Positions 26,549-35,095 of a stretch of 35,234 nucleotides of DNA are shown in pieces. The notes under the pieces are model-generated. The model ran no database searches, had not been told where the DNA came from, and saw only the letters and a program-made list of their open reading frames with translations. Source of the DNA: a virus (Duplodnaviria > Caudoviricetes); IMG/VR virus record IMGVR_UViG_3300011339_000259, positions 1 to 35,234 of that record; one strand, 5' to 3'. The position numbers were made by a program, and so were the translations under genes. Position 1 is the first letter of the stretch; the number at the start of each line of letters is the position of its first letter.

Positions 26549-27084
26549 TATTGATCTCCAAAGCAAGCAAAGAACCATGCGGTTTGTGGGTCTCTATTTG
26601 TAAAATTTGGGTTTATGCAATCTGCACTAAATGATCCAGCAGCTTGTGACGTTACGTAATTTAATTGTGCAAGATTGCTATTTGCGCCTGCGCCAAAAGT
26701 TGTGATTGTGTAGTCTGCGCTAGAAAAGTCAGTAGCAATTGTTACTGTTATAGAACCAACGCCATCATCAGTAATAGAAGTTACGTTATATGAAGCGTTT
26801 ATTGCTGTTCCATTTGCCGCAGCTTTGAGCCAAACTTTAGCAATTCCGGGATGCCACTTTGTATTTAAAGGAGTTACAAAAACAGTATTAGAAGTAGCGG
26901 CTTCCATTTCTGTTTGGCTTGCGGCAGTAGGACTAGGCGCAGCGCCCCACGTAGGCGCAGAAGACCCAGCCGAGGTCAATACTTGCCCTGTCGTACCTGC
27001 TGCTGTTGAAGCATAGTTAGCGCCGTCACCATAGACGACACCTCCAGCGGTGGGTGTGTTATTTCCTACTATGGTTACTGCCAT
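26548..27084 (-). CDS. Tail fibre/adhesin protein, 178 aa
   Basis: GTTGQVLTSAGSSAPTW fibre repeat; AKVW...SYNVTSITD.GVG...FGDQ C-terminal domain; followed by a chaperone gene. Confidence 0.7.
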   Translation of the reverse strand: MAVTIVGNNTPTAGGVVYGDGANYASTAAGTTGQVLTSAGSSAPTWGAAPSPTAASQTEMEAATSNTVFVTPLNTKWHPGIAKVWLKAAANGTAINASYNVTSITDDGVGSITVTIATDFSSADYTITTFGAGANSNLAQLNYVTSQAAGSFSADCINPNFTNRDPQTAWFFACFGDQ

Positions 27085-27097
27085 GATTTACTCCAGT
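27074..27097. repeat. Cassette-junction repeat, copy 2
   Basis: GTTACTGCCATGATTTACTCCAGT; 23/24 identical to 28611-28634. Confidence 0.85.
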
Positions 27098-27103
27098 TAT
27101 GGG

Positions 27104-28621
27104 TTAGGTTGTGTATACACGGCAGTACCCCGCGCCACCTGCGCCACCAGCACCACTATTGCTACCATTATTTCCACCGCCACCGCCACCGCCACCAGAA
27201 CCAAATGTTCCACCAGCAGCACCATTTCCGGCTGTTCCACCAGCAGCGCATCCACCGCCACCACCGCCTTGTCTACCACTTCCAGCAGTTCCACTAGTTC
27301 CACTAGTTCCACCAGCACCGCCAGCACCGCCACCACCAGTTTGATTAGCGCCACTACCGCCAGCACCACCAGCATAAGTAGTTCCTGAAAAATAACCGCC
27401 GCCACCCCCGCCGCCGGGACCCCCTTGGAATGATGATCCGCCATCGCCCCCAGTAACAGCACCGCCTCCGCCTCCGCCAGCGCCGCCATAACCTGATGCG
27501 CCTGCTGCTGTTTGTATACCGCCATAGTTCCCGCCACCACCACCACCAAATGCACCACTTAAATCAGAAGTATTTGTATCTTTAGGTTGCCCACCATCAG
27601 CAGCAGAACCCACACTTAAAGCCCCGCCACCACCACCACCGCTTGTAGGGAATCCACCAGCACCATCAACACCACCTTGCCCACCACCACCTCCATAAGC
27701 CGTTAAATAAGAAGCAAACGTAGAATTACCGCCAACAACTCCGGTGTTTCCATTTGTGTTTGTTATCGTTTGTGCTGCGCCACCGGCTCCGCCTGCCCCA
27801 ATGGTTACAGATACAGTTGACGATATATCAGACGCAAGAAAAGTGCGTGTAACGTAAGTTCCACCGCCGCCACCGCCACCGCCATTTGCATTTGTACTAT
27901 TTTTTCTACCGCTGCCACCACCACCCCCGCCAGCCCATAATTCAACAGTAACAGTGGTAATGCCAGCAGGTTTAGTCCATGTGCCAGACGAAGAGAAATT
28001 AGTAACCGATGCGCCGGTTACGCCGCTCCAAGAGAGTGTTCCTGCTCCGTCTGTAACCAATGACTGATTAACCGTACCATCTGCGGAGGGGAGTGTGTAC
28101 GTTGTAGTTGCAGCTAAGGACGTAGGAGCTTTTAATGCAACATAGCTTGTGCCGTTATTTATGGCTTCGTTCAGTTGAAGTTCTGCGCTGGTAGTTGCTG
28201 TAGCTGGAATTAGGCCAGATGAAATAACAACAAAATCAGCACCGTCCCAAGCAACTAACGCTTTAAATCCCGCCAAAACGGATATACCTGTTGTTGGCCC
28301 AGCACCAACTAACTTAACTGCATATCCGCCCGTGGTTTTATTGATGACGACATATGCTTTGCTTTGAGCCGGGGCAGTAATTGTTTTTATACCTGTTCGT
28401 GCGCCGGTACATAACAGTACCGCATTACGCGCTTGATTAGCCGCGCCGTTAGTTGTGGTTAGCGTAACGTCTGCATCGGTGCTTAATGTCGTTGTGCCAG
28501 CAATAGCAGAATCAATCAGGCCAGTAATAGCGTCATTGACCGTTGTACCCCACGTACCGGACAAGTCCCCTGTAGTTGGCAGTGCCAGACCAAGAAGCGG
28601 TGAGAAATTAGTTACTGCCAT
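27104..28621 (-). CDS. Tail fibre with virion-anchor-like N-terminus and C-terminal polyglycine-rich adhesin domain, 505 aa
   Basis: LGLALP..G..SGTWGTTVN N-terminus; FSSSGTWTKP...VELWAGGGGGGSG...GAGYCRVY glycine-rich domain. Confidence 0.8.
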   Translation of the reverse strand: MAVTNFSPLLGLALPTTGDLSGTWGTTVNDAITGLIDSAIAGTTTLSTDADVTLTTTNGAANQARNAVLLCTGARTGIKTITAPAQSKAYVVINKTTGGYAVKLVGAGPTTGISVLAGFKALVAWDGADFVVISSGLIPATATTSAELQLNEAINNGTSYVALKAPTSLAATTTYTLPSADGTVNQSLVTDGAGTLSWSGVTGASVTNFSSSGTWTKPAGITTVTVELWAGGGGGGSGRKNSTNANGGGGGGGGTYVTRTFLASDISSTVSVTIGAGGAGGAAQTITNTNGNTGVVGGNSTFASYLTAYGGGGGQGGVDGAGGFPTSGGGGGGALSVGSAADGGQPKDTNTSDLSGAFGGGGGGNYGGIQTAAGASGYGGAGGGGGGAVTGGDGGSSFQGGPGGGGGGGYFSGTTYAGGAGGSGANQTGGGGAGGAGGTSGTSGTAGSGRQGGGGGGCAAGGTAGNGAAGGTFGSGGGGGGGGNNGSNSGAGGAGGAGYCRVYTT

Positions 28622-28643
28622 GAGTTACTCCAGTGCTTGGATT
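28611..28643. repeat. Cassette-junction repeat, copy 3
   Basis: GTTACTGCCATGAGTTACTCCAGTGCTTGGATT; matches both other copies. Confidence 0.85.
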
Positions 28644-28882
28644 TGGGCTGACAGGGCAGCAAGCTGCGCCATCAGTTGTTCTTTTGTTGGTGCGGGTGCT
28701 AGGGTAGGTTGAGGAATTGGATCAGGCTCAGTAAAGTTCGTGCCGTCATACTTCCAACTAATACCTACCGCTTTGTTGTTGATGTAAGTAGGAAACTCAA
28801 CAAGCCCATGCTCCGCAGCAAAATCTGCGTCAGCAACAATGACGTTTGTGATTAGACCATTTTCTATTTTTGCGTAGCCCAT
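28625..28882 (-). CDS. Adhesin partner/chaperone-like protein, 85 aa
   Basis: YAKIENG.ITNVIVAD...VGISWKYDG.NF..P and PTKEQLMAQL; SD AAGGAG. Confidence 0.7.
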   Translation of the reverse strand: MGYAKIENGLITNVIVADADFAAEHGLVEFPTYINNKAVGISWKYDGTNFTEPDPIPQPTLAPAPTKEQLMAQLAALSAQIQALE

Positions 28883-28891
28883 GTTATCTCC

Positions 28892-30052
28892 TTACCAACT
28901 GTAAATTCTTGCGTAACCTTTACCACCAGCGCCACCAGCGCCGGAGCTAACGCCGTTGATAGACGCACTACCTCCACCGCCTCCTCCACCACCAGCACCA
29001 CCAGCACCACCGTCTGCGCCAATGAGCGTAGCATTTGCGGTTCCACCGCCGCCACCTGATCCTGACCCATAAGTAGTTTGCGTTCCGGCTGTTCCGGGGC
29101 GACCTGCTGCGGGGCCAGTTCCAGCGCTGTAACTGCCGCTTTTGCCACCTGCACCGCCGCTACCTGCGGAATTACCCGTAGTTATACCGCCCCCCGCTCC
29201 ACCACCACCGCCGCCAAATAATGAGCCGCCTCCAGTTCGCCCAGTAACGCCAGTATCACTTCCCGCCCCGCCACTGCCGCCACCCCATTCAGCACTACTA
29301 CCTGTTCCGTTTGCATAATTTGTTCCGGCGGCTCCTCCGCCGCCAGTATTGTTGAATACTGAGCCACCTCCAAATGAGGATGCAGATGGGAATCCTCCGT
29401 CATTAGTGCCAAAAGTACCAGCATTACCGGCACTGCCACTACCTCCACCGCCGCCCCCCGAAGCAGCAGCAAAGTTATTGCCGTAAATACCATATCCGCC
29501 ACCATAAGCAGTTAAATACGCGCCAAAAGTTGTATTGCCACCAGTAGCTCCAGAGCTTCCGTTTGTATCATTAGTCGTTACTGCTGCACCACCAGCGCCG
29601 CCATCTCCCAAAGTTACCGTAACAGTAGATGTAAGATCGCTGGCTTTAAACAAATACCTAACATGAGCACCGCCACCACCACCGCCTCCAGCGCCTCTAA
29701 CCGTACTACTTGCGTATCTAGAACCAGAACCACCACCACCGCCAGCGCCCCATATTTCTACTTCAACAAACGTGCAGCCTGTTGGTTTAGTCCAAGTGCC
29801 TGAAGATGTGAATTCTTGTAAATTAGCTGCAACCGCCCCCGTTGCCCAAGTAGGTGCAGCAGCAGAACCTGCTGACGTTAGCACTTGACCGCTAGTGCCA
29901 TAGCCCGGAGTAGAGCCAACACCAATAGCGCCCGTGGTAGCCAAAGTAACAGAAGGCGTTGTGCCGTTTACTTGAAGTTGTAGTGTTCCGTCAGTGTTTC
30001 CGGTGCTTACTAGCGCCGTGCCTGATGTTGTTCCTGCTGCAATCGTACTCAT
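28892..30052 (-). CDS. Polyglycine-rich adhesin/tail fibre, 386 aa
   Basis: GTSGQVLTSAGS..APTW followed by FTSSGTWTKP...GGGGGSG...GYARIYSW; paralog of the domain in 27104-28621. Confidence 0.8.
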   Translation of the reverse strand: MSTIAAGTTSGTALVSTGNTDGTLQLQVNGTTPSVTLATTGAIGVGSTPGYGTSGQVLTSAGSAAAPTWATGAVAANLQEFTSSGTWTKPTGCTFVEVEIWGAGGGGGSGSRYASSTVRGAGGGGGGGAHVRYLFKASDLTSTVTVTLGDGGAGGAAVTTNDTNGSSGATGGNTTFGAYLTAYGGGYGIYGNNFAAASGGGGGGSGSAGNAGTFGTNDGGFPSASSFGGGSVFNNTGGGGAAGTNYANGTGSSAEWGGGSGGAGSDTGVTGRTGGGSLFGGGGGGAGGGITTGNSAGSGGAGGKSGSYSAGTGPAAGRPGTAGTQTTYGSGSGGGGGTANATLIGADGGAGGAGGGGGGGGSASINGVSSGAGGAGGKGYARIYSW

Positions 30053-30061
30053 GTGATCCCC

Positions 30062-30526
30062 TTAAAGAACGACCCAGCGTTGACCGCTACCGACCGTAAA
30101 CGATGAGCCGGAACTGATGGTTACTGGGCCTACGGACAGGCCGTTTTTACCCGTTGTCATGGTGTATGTGCCTGTTAACGTCGTGTAGTTTTCTACGACC
30201 ACACCATTACCATTAGCAAACGCCGCAAGTCCCGCCGGATAAGTTACAAATACATCTTTAGTACCAGCAGAAAAATTAACCAAACTACCGCTATTACTAG
30301 AAGAAAGTACAGTTGTGCGAGATAAGGTAGTACCGGAAGATGTGTACGTGCCAATACCAACTTCCCACTCAGTGCCTGTCTGGGCAACAATAGCGTAGTA
30401 CGTACTGTTTGCATTACCAATAGCAGCAAAACTCTGAAACCCTGTAGCTGCGCCAAGCAGAGTCACCGTACCTGTGCTTGTTGTGGTGGTGGTTTCCTTA
30501 ACCCGGTCTTTTACAACGAATGCCAT
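30062..30526 (-). CDS. Virion structural / fibre-base protein, 154 aa
   Basis: DRVKETTTTT.TGT...WEVGIGTY...FSAGTKDVFVTYPA domain, with C-terminal SVGPVTI.SG...WVVL. Confidence 0.7.
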   Translation of the reverse strand: MAFVVKDRVKETTTTTSTGTVTLLGAATGFQSFAAIGNANSTYYAIVAQTGTEWEVGIGTYTSSGTTLSRTTVLSSSNSGSLVNFSAGTKDVFVTYPAGLAAFANGNGVVVENYTTLTGTYTMTTGKNGLSVGPVTISSGSSFTVGSGQRWVVL

Positions 30527-30535
30527 ATTGTGTCC

Positions 30536-31435
30536 TTACACCGTCATTGCAACATTTTGCCAGTTTGGCGTCTCGCTGTCATCTATTAAAACCCAATTTG
30601 GAGTTTCACTATCGTCTATGAGCGACCAATAGAATGCGCCTACTGTTCCGACTTGACCAGCAGCTTGCACCCCTGTCAATGCTACCGTGCGGCTACCTAT
30701 TCCAACTGATCCTACAGAGCCTGTAGCTGCTACACCGGTAATTGCCACCTCAAAGATTTTTACAGCTACTACAGTACCAACCGCGCCTGCCGCTCCAACA
30801 CCAGTTAAAGCAATAGACCGCTCAGCTACAGTTACCGCACCAACTGCACCTATAGCTACAACGCCGGTTTCAGTTGGGTTGTTTTGCTCGGCAACATCTC
30901 CTACCGCACCAGAAGCTGCAACACCTGTTAGAGCAATAGACCGTTCGGCTACAGTTACCGTACCAACTGCGCCAGATGCTTCAACACCTGTTAAGGCCGC
31001 CGTGTAAGCAAAATCAACATTACCAACAGCGCCAGTTGCCCCGACACCTGTTAGAGCAATAAATCGCTCACCTACTGAAACAGTGCCAACAGCGCCGTTA
31101 GCCAGCACCCCAGTCTCAGTTGGGCTGTTAGTCTCTGTGACATCCCCTACTGCACCAAGCGCCCCAACCCCAGTAATTGAAGTTACTGCACCCGCTGTTA
31201 CCGTACCTACTGCGCCTAACGCTTCAACGCCAGTAAGCGCAAGACTTCTTTCTGCAACCGTTACAGTACCGACCGACCCAGTAGCCTCAACCCCAGTTAA
31301 CGCCACGGTTACAAGCGGCGTATAAACAACTGTTCCTACCGCGCCAGAAGCCTGAACCCCTGTAATGGCGACAACAACCGTCTGCCCCGCAAGTGAGGCA
31401 AACGGCGCTTCAGCGAATGCGGAGATTCCAAACAT
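30536..31435 (-). CDS. Repeat-rich structural protein: 12 copies of a ~20-22 aa TGV-x-A-x-G-x-VG-x-V unit
   Basis: MFGISAFAEAPFASL N-terminus, 12 counted repeats, and duplicated W-x-LIDDSETPN at the C-terminus. Confidence 0.8.
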   Translation of the reverse strand: MFGISAFAEAPFASLAGQTVVVAITGVQASGAVGTVVYTPLVTVALTGVEATGSVGTVTVAERSLALTGVEALGAVGTVTAGAVTSITGVGALGAVGDVTETNSPTETGVLANGAVGTVSVGERFIALTGVGATGAVGNVDFAYTAALTGVEASGAVGTVTVAERSIALTGVAASGAVGDVAEQNNPTETGVVAIGAVGAVTVAERSIALTGVGAAGAVGTVVAVKIFEVAITGVAATGSVGSVGIGSRTVALTGVQAAGQVGTVGAFYWSLIDDSETPNWVLIDDSETPNWQNVAMTV

Positions 31436-31442
31436 GGCTACC

Positions 31443-31462
31443 CTAGCGGGTTACCCCGCCAG
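31443..31462 (-). promoter_or_regulatory. GNRA-capped 8-bp hairpin between an SD and an AUG
   Basis: Minus strand TAGGA-CTGGCGGG-GTAA-CCCGCTAG-GGTAGCC-ATG; no U-tract follows. Confidence 0.65.
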
Positions 31463-31467
31463 TCCTA

Positions 31468-31959
31468 TTAGGTTGTAGCCAAGCGGATCAACGCTAAAGT
31501 TGTGCTGTTTGTAGGCATAGTCAACGTGAACGTACCCGCAGTGATAGTCTGCGAACCAAAGGTATGAACGCTAACAGCCGTATTGCCTTGAGTGGAGTTG
31601 TAGAGCAACACCGTATCAAACGCGGTAGCCAAAGTCACCGTTGTGTATGTAATGCTGGCTGAAGGTGTCCAGTATGCAACGCCTGCTGTAGAAGATGAGT
31701 TAGTTGCAGTAACCGCATTAGCATTAGTTACCGTTACACCGCCAGCAGAATAGCCTGTGCCCGACACTTCGCCGGTTACGGTATACGCCGTAGTAGCCGC
31801 ATTTATCGTAGCCGAAGCTAGATACAAAGCCGCTTTAAACGTGTCAGTAGTGGGGGCTGTTAAACTGCCGCGCGAAGTCAGCGTAATTGTTCCAAATTGA
31901 TGTCCACCATTGAGCAGTTGCCCCATGAACGATGTGCACATTGCTTGTGTATTTGCCAT
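31468..31959 (-). CDS. Virion structural protein, paralog 1 (163 aa)
   Basis: CTSF...FKAALY...ATTAYT.TGEV.GTGY.AGG...A.IRLA. Confidence 0.75.
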   Translation of the reverse strand: MANTQAMCTSFMGQLLNGGHQFGTITLTSRGSLTAPTTDTFKAALYLASATINAATTAYTVTGEVSGTGYSAGGVTVTNANAVTATNSSSTAGVAYWTPSASITYTTVTLATAFDTVLLYNSTQGNTAVSVHTFGSQTITAGTFTLTMPTNSTTLALIRLATT

Positions 31960-31968
31960 GATGTTTCC

Positions 31969-32163
31969 TTATGTAAGAGATGCTGCTTCAGCAAACAGCG
32001 GGGGGGAAGTTTTTAAGCGCACATGCGCCGAACGGTGGACAAGTTCGCCCTCTAGCCAATACTCGACCCAAGTTGTGTATTCAACGTCATTATCAACGAA
32101 ACCCTCTTTTTTCTCAAGAAGAGATTCGTCCATTTCGCCTTTGGTGGTTGTGATTAATGCCAT
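31969..32163 (-). CDS. Hypothetical protein, 64 aa
   Basis: TAATG-coupled ORF between two paralogs; WVEYWLEGELVHRSAHV. Confidence 0.75.
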   Translation of the reverse strand: MALITTTKGEMDESLLEKKEGFVDNDVEYTTWVEYWLEGELVHRSAHVRLKTSPPLFAEAASLT

Positions 32164-32585
32164 TACGCGATCCTTATGATTGCTGTGGTGTTTGATACAG
32201 CGGGGAACTGTACCGTGAATGTTGTTACTGAAGTCTTATCCGCGCCAAAATCAAGCACGCAAACTGCTGGGTTTCCCCCGCCACTTTGGTAAATCAAAGC
32301 TCCACGAGCAGTTAACGCCGAAGTCCAAACCGCATTGTTAAACGATATGTAGGCGGTGTTGCTTGTACCTACCGTGGGAGTCTGCGCAATCGTAAGTGCC
32401 AACCCACCAGCCGTGTACCCAGAAGCCACAACCTCGCCCGTAGTCGTATAAGCCGTGGTAGACGCATCAAGTGTGGCTGCATTGGTATAGAGCGCAATGT
32501 AGAAAGTCCCTGAAGTGAAGTTGAACGTCCCGTTCATCAACCCAGTTTTAAAGCTGTTGCACGCCCAGTTGCCGGTAAAAGCCAT
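32163..32585 (-). CDS. Virion structural protein, paralog 2 (140 aa)
   Basis: CNSF...FYIALY...STTAYTTTGEV..SGYTAGG...AIIRIA; TGATG overlap at 32583-32587. Confidence 0.75.
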   Translation of the reverse strand: MAFTGNWACNSFKTGLMNGTFNFTSGTFYIALYTNAATLDASTTAYTTTGEVVASGYTAGGLALTIAQTPTVGTSNTAYISFNNAVWTSALTARGALIYQSGGGNPAVCVLDFGADKTSVTTFTVQFPAVSNTTAIIRIA

Positions 32586-33304
32586 CAACGCACTCCATTA
32601 TTCTGCGGCAAAGGCGCTTGACGATACTGGCCACTGCGATACGCGTCAGAACGCTCCATACCATCGCCAAGGCGTTGTGCTTGTGCAAGGGCTTCTTTGT
32701 ACTTGGCATCATATCCAGTGATGATGTCAACCTCACCCTTCATAAAGGTATATGCCTCAACCAGTGAGCCGTACAGCAAAACAGTATCAAAGTTATCGCC
32801 CAACCACGAAGTACTGGCAGTCGTAATAGACTCAGGGTAGTAGTAGAAATGAAGTTCTACCGTGTAAATTGCATCAGGTGTTGGGCCAAGAATAAACGTC
32901 AATTCATTTGTAATTGCACTACCAACAATGGCTGGGCCAAACAACGCGTAATACTTTGGTATGCCGGTATCCGTAGTTGGATTAGGGTACGCTTGACGGA
33001 TAAAGTTTACGTCTTTGTTTAACAAGTACTCGTAGTTACCAGACGCATCAATCACCGCTAAAGAATACGTGGCTAGATAATCGTCAGGAGCCTTGAGGTA
33101 CTTATTGCCAGACTGGACATTGCCCGTCATGTTTTTACGCAAAAACGGAAACTGCACCGTGTTATAGATGCGTTGTTCCGCTTGTTGAATAAAACGGTTA
33201 ATCTGTTCGGTAGTCGTCTCTGTCCCGCCACTGGCAAGAGTAAAGTCCGGAAAAGTATTTTCCGTATACGACTGAATGGTATCGAACAGTTGTGTGTAAT
33301 TCAT
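32585..33304 (-). CDS. Head-tail adaptor / tail tubular protein A-like, 239 aa
   Basis: MNY..L...IQSY.E, FIQQAEQRI, G.PKYY, LGPTPD..Y.VELHFY and LLYGSLVEA motifs. Confidence 0.75.
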   Translation of the reverse strand: MNYTQLFDTIQSYTENTFPDFTLASGGTETTTEQINRFIQQAEQRIYNTVQFPFLRKNMTGNVQSGNKYLKAPDDYLATYSLAVIDASGNYEYLLNKDVNFIRQAYPNPTTDTGIPKYYALFGPAIVGSAITNELTFILGPTPDAIYTVELHFYYYPESITTASTSWLGDNFDTVLLYGSLVEAYTFMKGEVDIITGYDAKYKEALAQAQRLGDGMERSDAYRSGQYRQAPLPQNNGVR

Positions 33305-33305
33305 A

Positions 33306-33548
33306 TCAAGCCATCGGGCCTCTTGCCATCAAACCTTTAGTAGCCGCGCCAGTGCCGCGAACTTTAATACCGCTGGTTTTGACTTGCTCATCACCAGCAG
33401 CTTTGCTGATGTTGCCAACGCTCATATTAACTGTGTCGGCTTTGCTGCGGTTTGGCATAGCGCCGGGGTTAGAAGAAATACTAACAGCCTTGCCAGACAT
33501 GGTGTGTGGCTTGGCATAAGCCGAAGCAGGTAAGTTATTCTTAGCCAT
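33306..33548 (-). CDS. Small basic protein, 80 aa
   Basis: KTSGIKVRGTGAATKGLMARGPMA C-terminus; coupled to both neighbours. Confidence 0.7.
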   Translation of the reverse strand: MAKNNLPASAYAKPHTMSGKAVSISSNPGAMPNRSKADTVNMSVGNISKAAGDEQVKTSGIKVRGTGAATKGLMARGPMA

Positions 33549-33760
33549 TATTTACCCCTTGCGCTGCCGCGCTGGTTCACAACTTTAGCCATACCACGAC
33601 CATACTGCTTCATCATTTCATTGGTCTTGCCGCCTTTGGCCAGCTTCAGTGATGTGCCCTTGCCACCCTTGTGTTCTTGGGTGTCGTGCTGTTTAAATGC
33701 CTTTTTGATTAAAGCAACATCTTGCTTTTTATCTGTTGCGGCTGATTCCATTTTTGCCAT
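33548..33760 (-). CDS. Small basic protein with LAKGG motif, 70 aa
   Basis: SD AAGGAG; Lys-rich. Confidence 0.7.
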   Translation of the reverse strand: MAKMESAATDKKQDVALIKKAFKQHDTQEHKGGKGTSLKLAKGGKTNEMMKQYGRGMAKVVNQRGSARGK

Positions 33761-33770
33761 GATTAACTCC

Positions 33771-34160
33771 TTAAGTCGTTACTACGCTAACTGTACCAAT
33801 TTCTACTGCCATCGCCAAGTTATTTGGGGTCAGAACCGCATCAAAACTGGACGAACCACCAACTGGATTCCAACCCCATTGAAATACTCGACTACCGCCG
33901 CCGCTGTACCCATCTGCTAACAAGCCAGAAACTTGGTAACTCAGGTCAGGACGCGGGTCACGTATCCCTTGCGGGTCGTCCACTGGGTACATACCCAACA
34001 GCAACTGCGGTTGATCTGGTTCCCAGCACTCAGGGCAAACTTTAAGGTCGTATGTCTTGGTTTTGACAACGAGCTTTTTGAGTACCGTGAGCTTGTACCG
34101 AAAGCCGCACCGGTCGCACTCGGCAATTGAGTTCTTGCCACTAGCAAACCGGTTCCCCAT
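33771..34160 (-). CDS. Zn-ribbon-like protein (CxxC...CxxC), 129 aa
   Basis: CDRCGF...VCPECWEPDQPQL...DPRPD. Confidence 0.75.
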   Translation of the reverse strand: MGNRFASGKNSIAECDRCGFRYKLTVLKKLVVKTKTYDLKVCPECWEPDQPQLLLGMYPVDDPQGIRDPRPDLSYQVSGLLADGYSGGGSRVFQWGWNPVGGSSSFDAVLTPNNLAMAVEIGTVSVVTT

Positions 34161-35095
34161 TATCCGCCCCCAATGAACATTTGCCTAGGCACAAGACGCA
34201 ACGCGGCGCGCTCCTGATCTTCGTCAGCCGCTGTCATCCATGCCTCGTCATACTGCTGCTTCAATACCACAAGGCGCTCCATACCACCGGGCACCTTAAG
34301 CGCAATGTAATAGGCCAGCCCAGCCACCATACAGGGCACAAACCGGAAAGGTACATCCATCACATTGACACCATTACCGGCATCTTGCACACGGCGCATC
34401 CGCCAGTAGACAAACTGATATGTCTGGGAGCCGTCCGGCGTAGGCCACATCGTCACGCGAGGCACATTATTGATGTAAATCTTGGCTGTTGAGCTTGCAG
34501 TGTGCGCTGCTGCCGTCGTTCCGTTCTGTCCACGGAAACAGTTGCTCAAAGTATTGCCATCAATGTAGTTGTAGAAGATGGTTTCGCTGTCAAGGTTGAT
34601 GTACCCAATGGCAGGAAGTCCAACTACGTTGGATAAAACGATTGTGTTTGCGGTAGCGTTGATGCTGGTGGACAAAACCGCTGTTGTTGGCATGATTTGG
34701 CCGTCCAACCGCTGATACCAGACCTGAATTGGCCGAGCTTGGGTCAACTTGTTTGGCAAGGTGGCGTATGTAGAGACGCTGATGCGCGTAATTGTCAAAT
34801 CGGCTTGGGTTGCCGTCACATTTGCCTGTGTTCGGATGACATGGTCAAGCAAATCAACGGTGTCTGTGGGGATTGCATAGGTGTTCAAGCCTTGAGTTAG
34901 GGTGATCGTGCCCTGCTCGAACGTCCACATGTTGATACCGCGATTTGCCCAGTCAGCAAACAACAAGTTCAGCGACCGGCGAGCCGTTTTAAGGTCATAT
35001 CCGGTGCGCAACTCTGAACCAGCACGCTCAAATGCCTCCTCCACCAGTTCGGTGAGGTCTAAATTAAAGCCTGCTGACCCAGAAGTTGTTGCCAT
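34160..35095 (-). CDS. Second adaptor/tubular-protein-like virion protein with inserted beta domain, 311 aa
   Basis: FNLDL.ELVEEAFERAG...ARRSLNLL..DWANRG; WPTPD...PFRF.PC..AGLAYY; insert TTAVLS...RGQNGTTAAAH. Confidence 0.7.
   Translation of the reverse strand: MATTSGSAGFNLDLTELVEEAFERAGSELRTGYDLKTARRSLNLLFADWANRGINMWTFEQGTITLTQGLNTYAIPTDTVDLLDHVIRTQANVTATQADLTITRISVSTYATLPNKLTQARPIQVWYQRLDGQIMPTTAVLSTSINATANTIVLSNVVGLPAIGYINLDSETIFYNYIDGNTLSNCFRGQNGTTAAAHTASSTAKIYINNVPRVTMWPTPDGSQTYQFVYWRMRRVQDAGNGVNVMDVPFRFVPCMVAGLAYYIALKVPGGMERLVVLKQQYDEAWMTAADEDQERAALRLVPRQMFIGGG

Noticed and set aside
27097-27558. 153-aa Val/Ala-rich alternative-frame ORF (also 28864-29154 and 29182-29505)
   Set aside because: A frame-shifted reading of GGT/GGC glycine runs, which lacks stops automatically; no slippery site or SD identified.
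27150-27700. CCACCG/CCACCA short tandem repeats as microsatellite or CRISPR
   Set aside because: They are polyglycine codons; no constant repeat with unique spacers.
31443-31462. Rho-independent terminator
   Set aside because: No U-tract on either side; kept as a translational hairpin instead.
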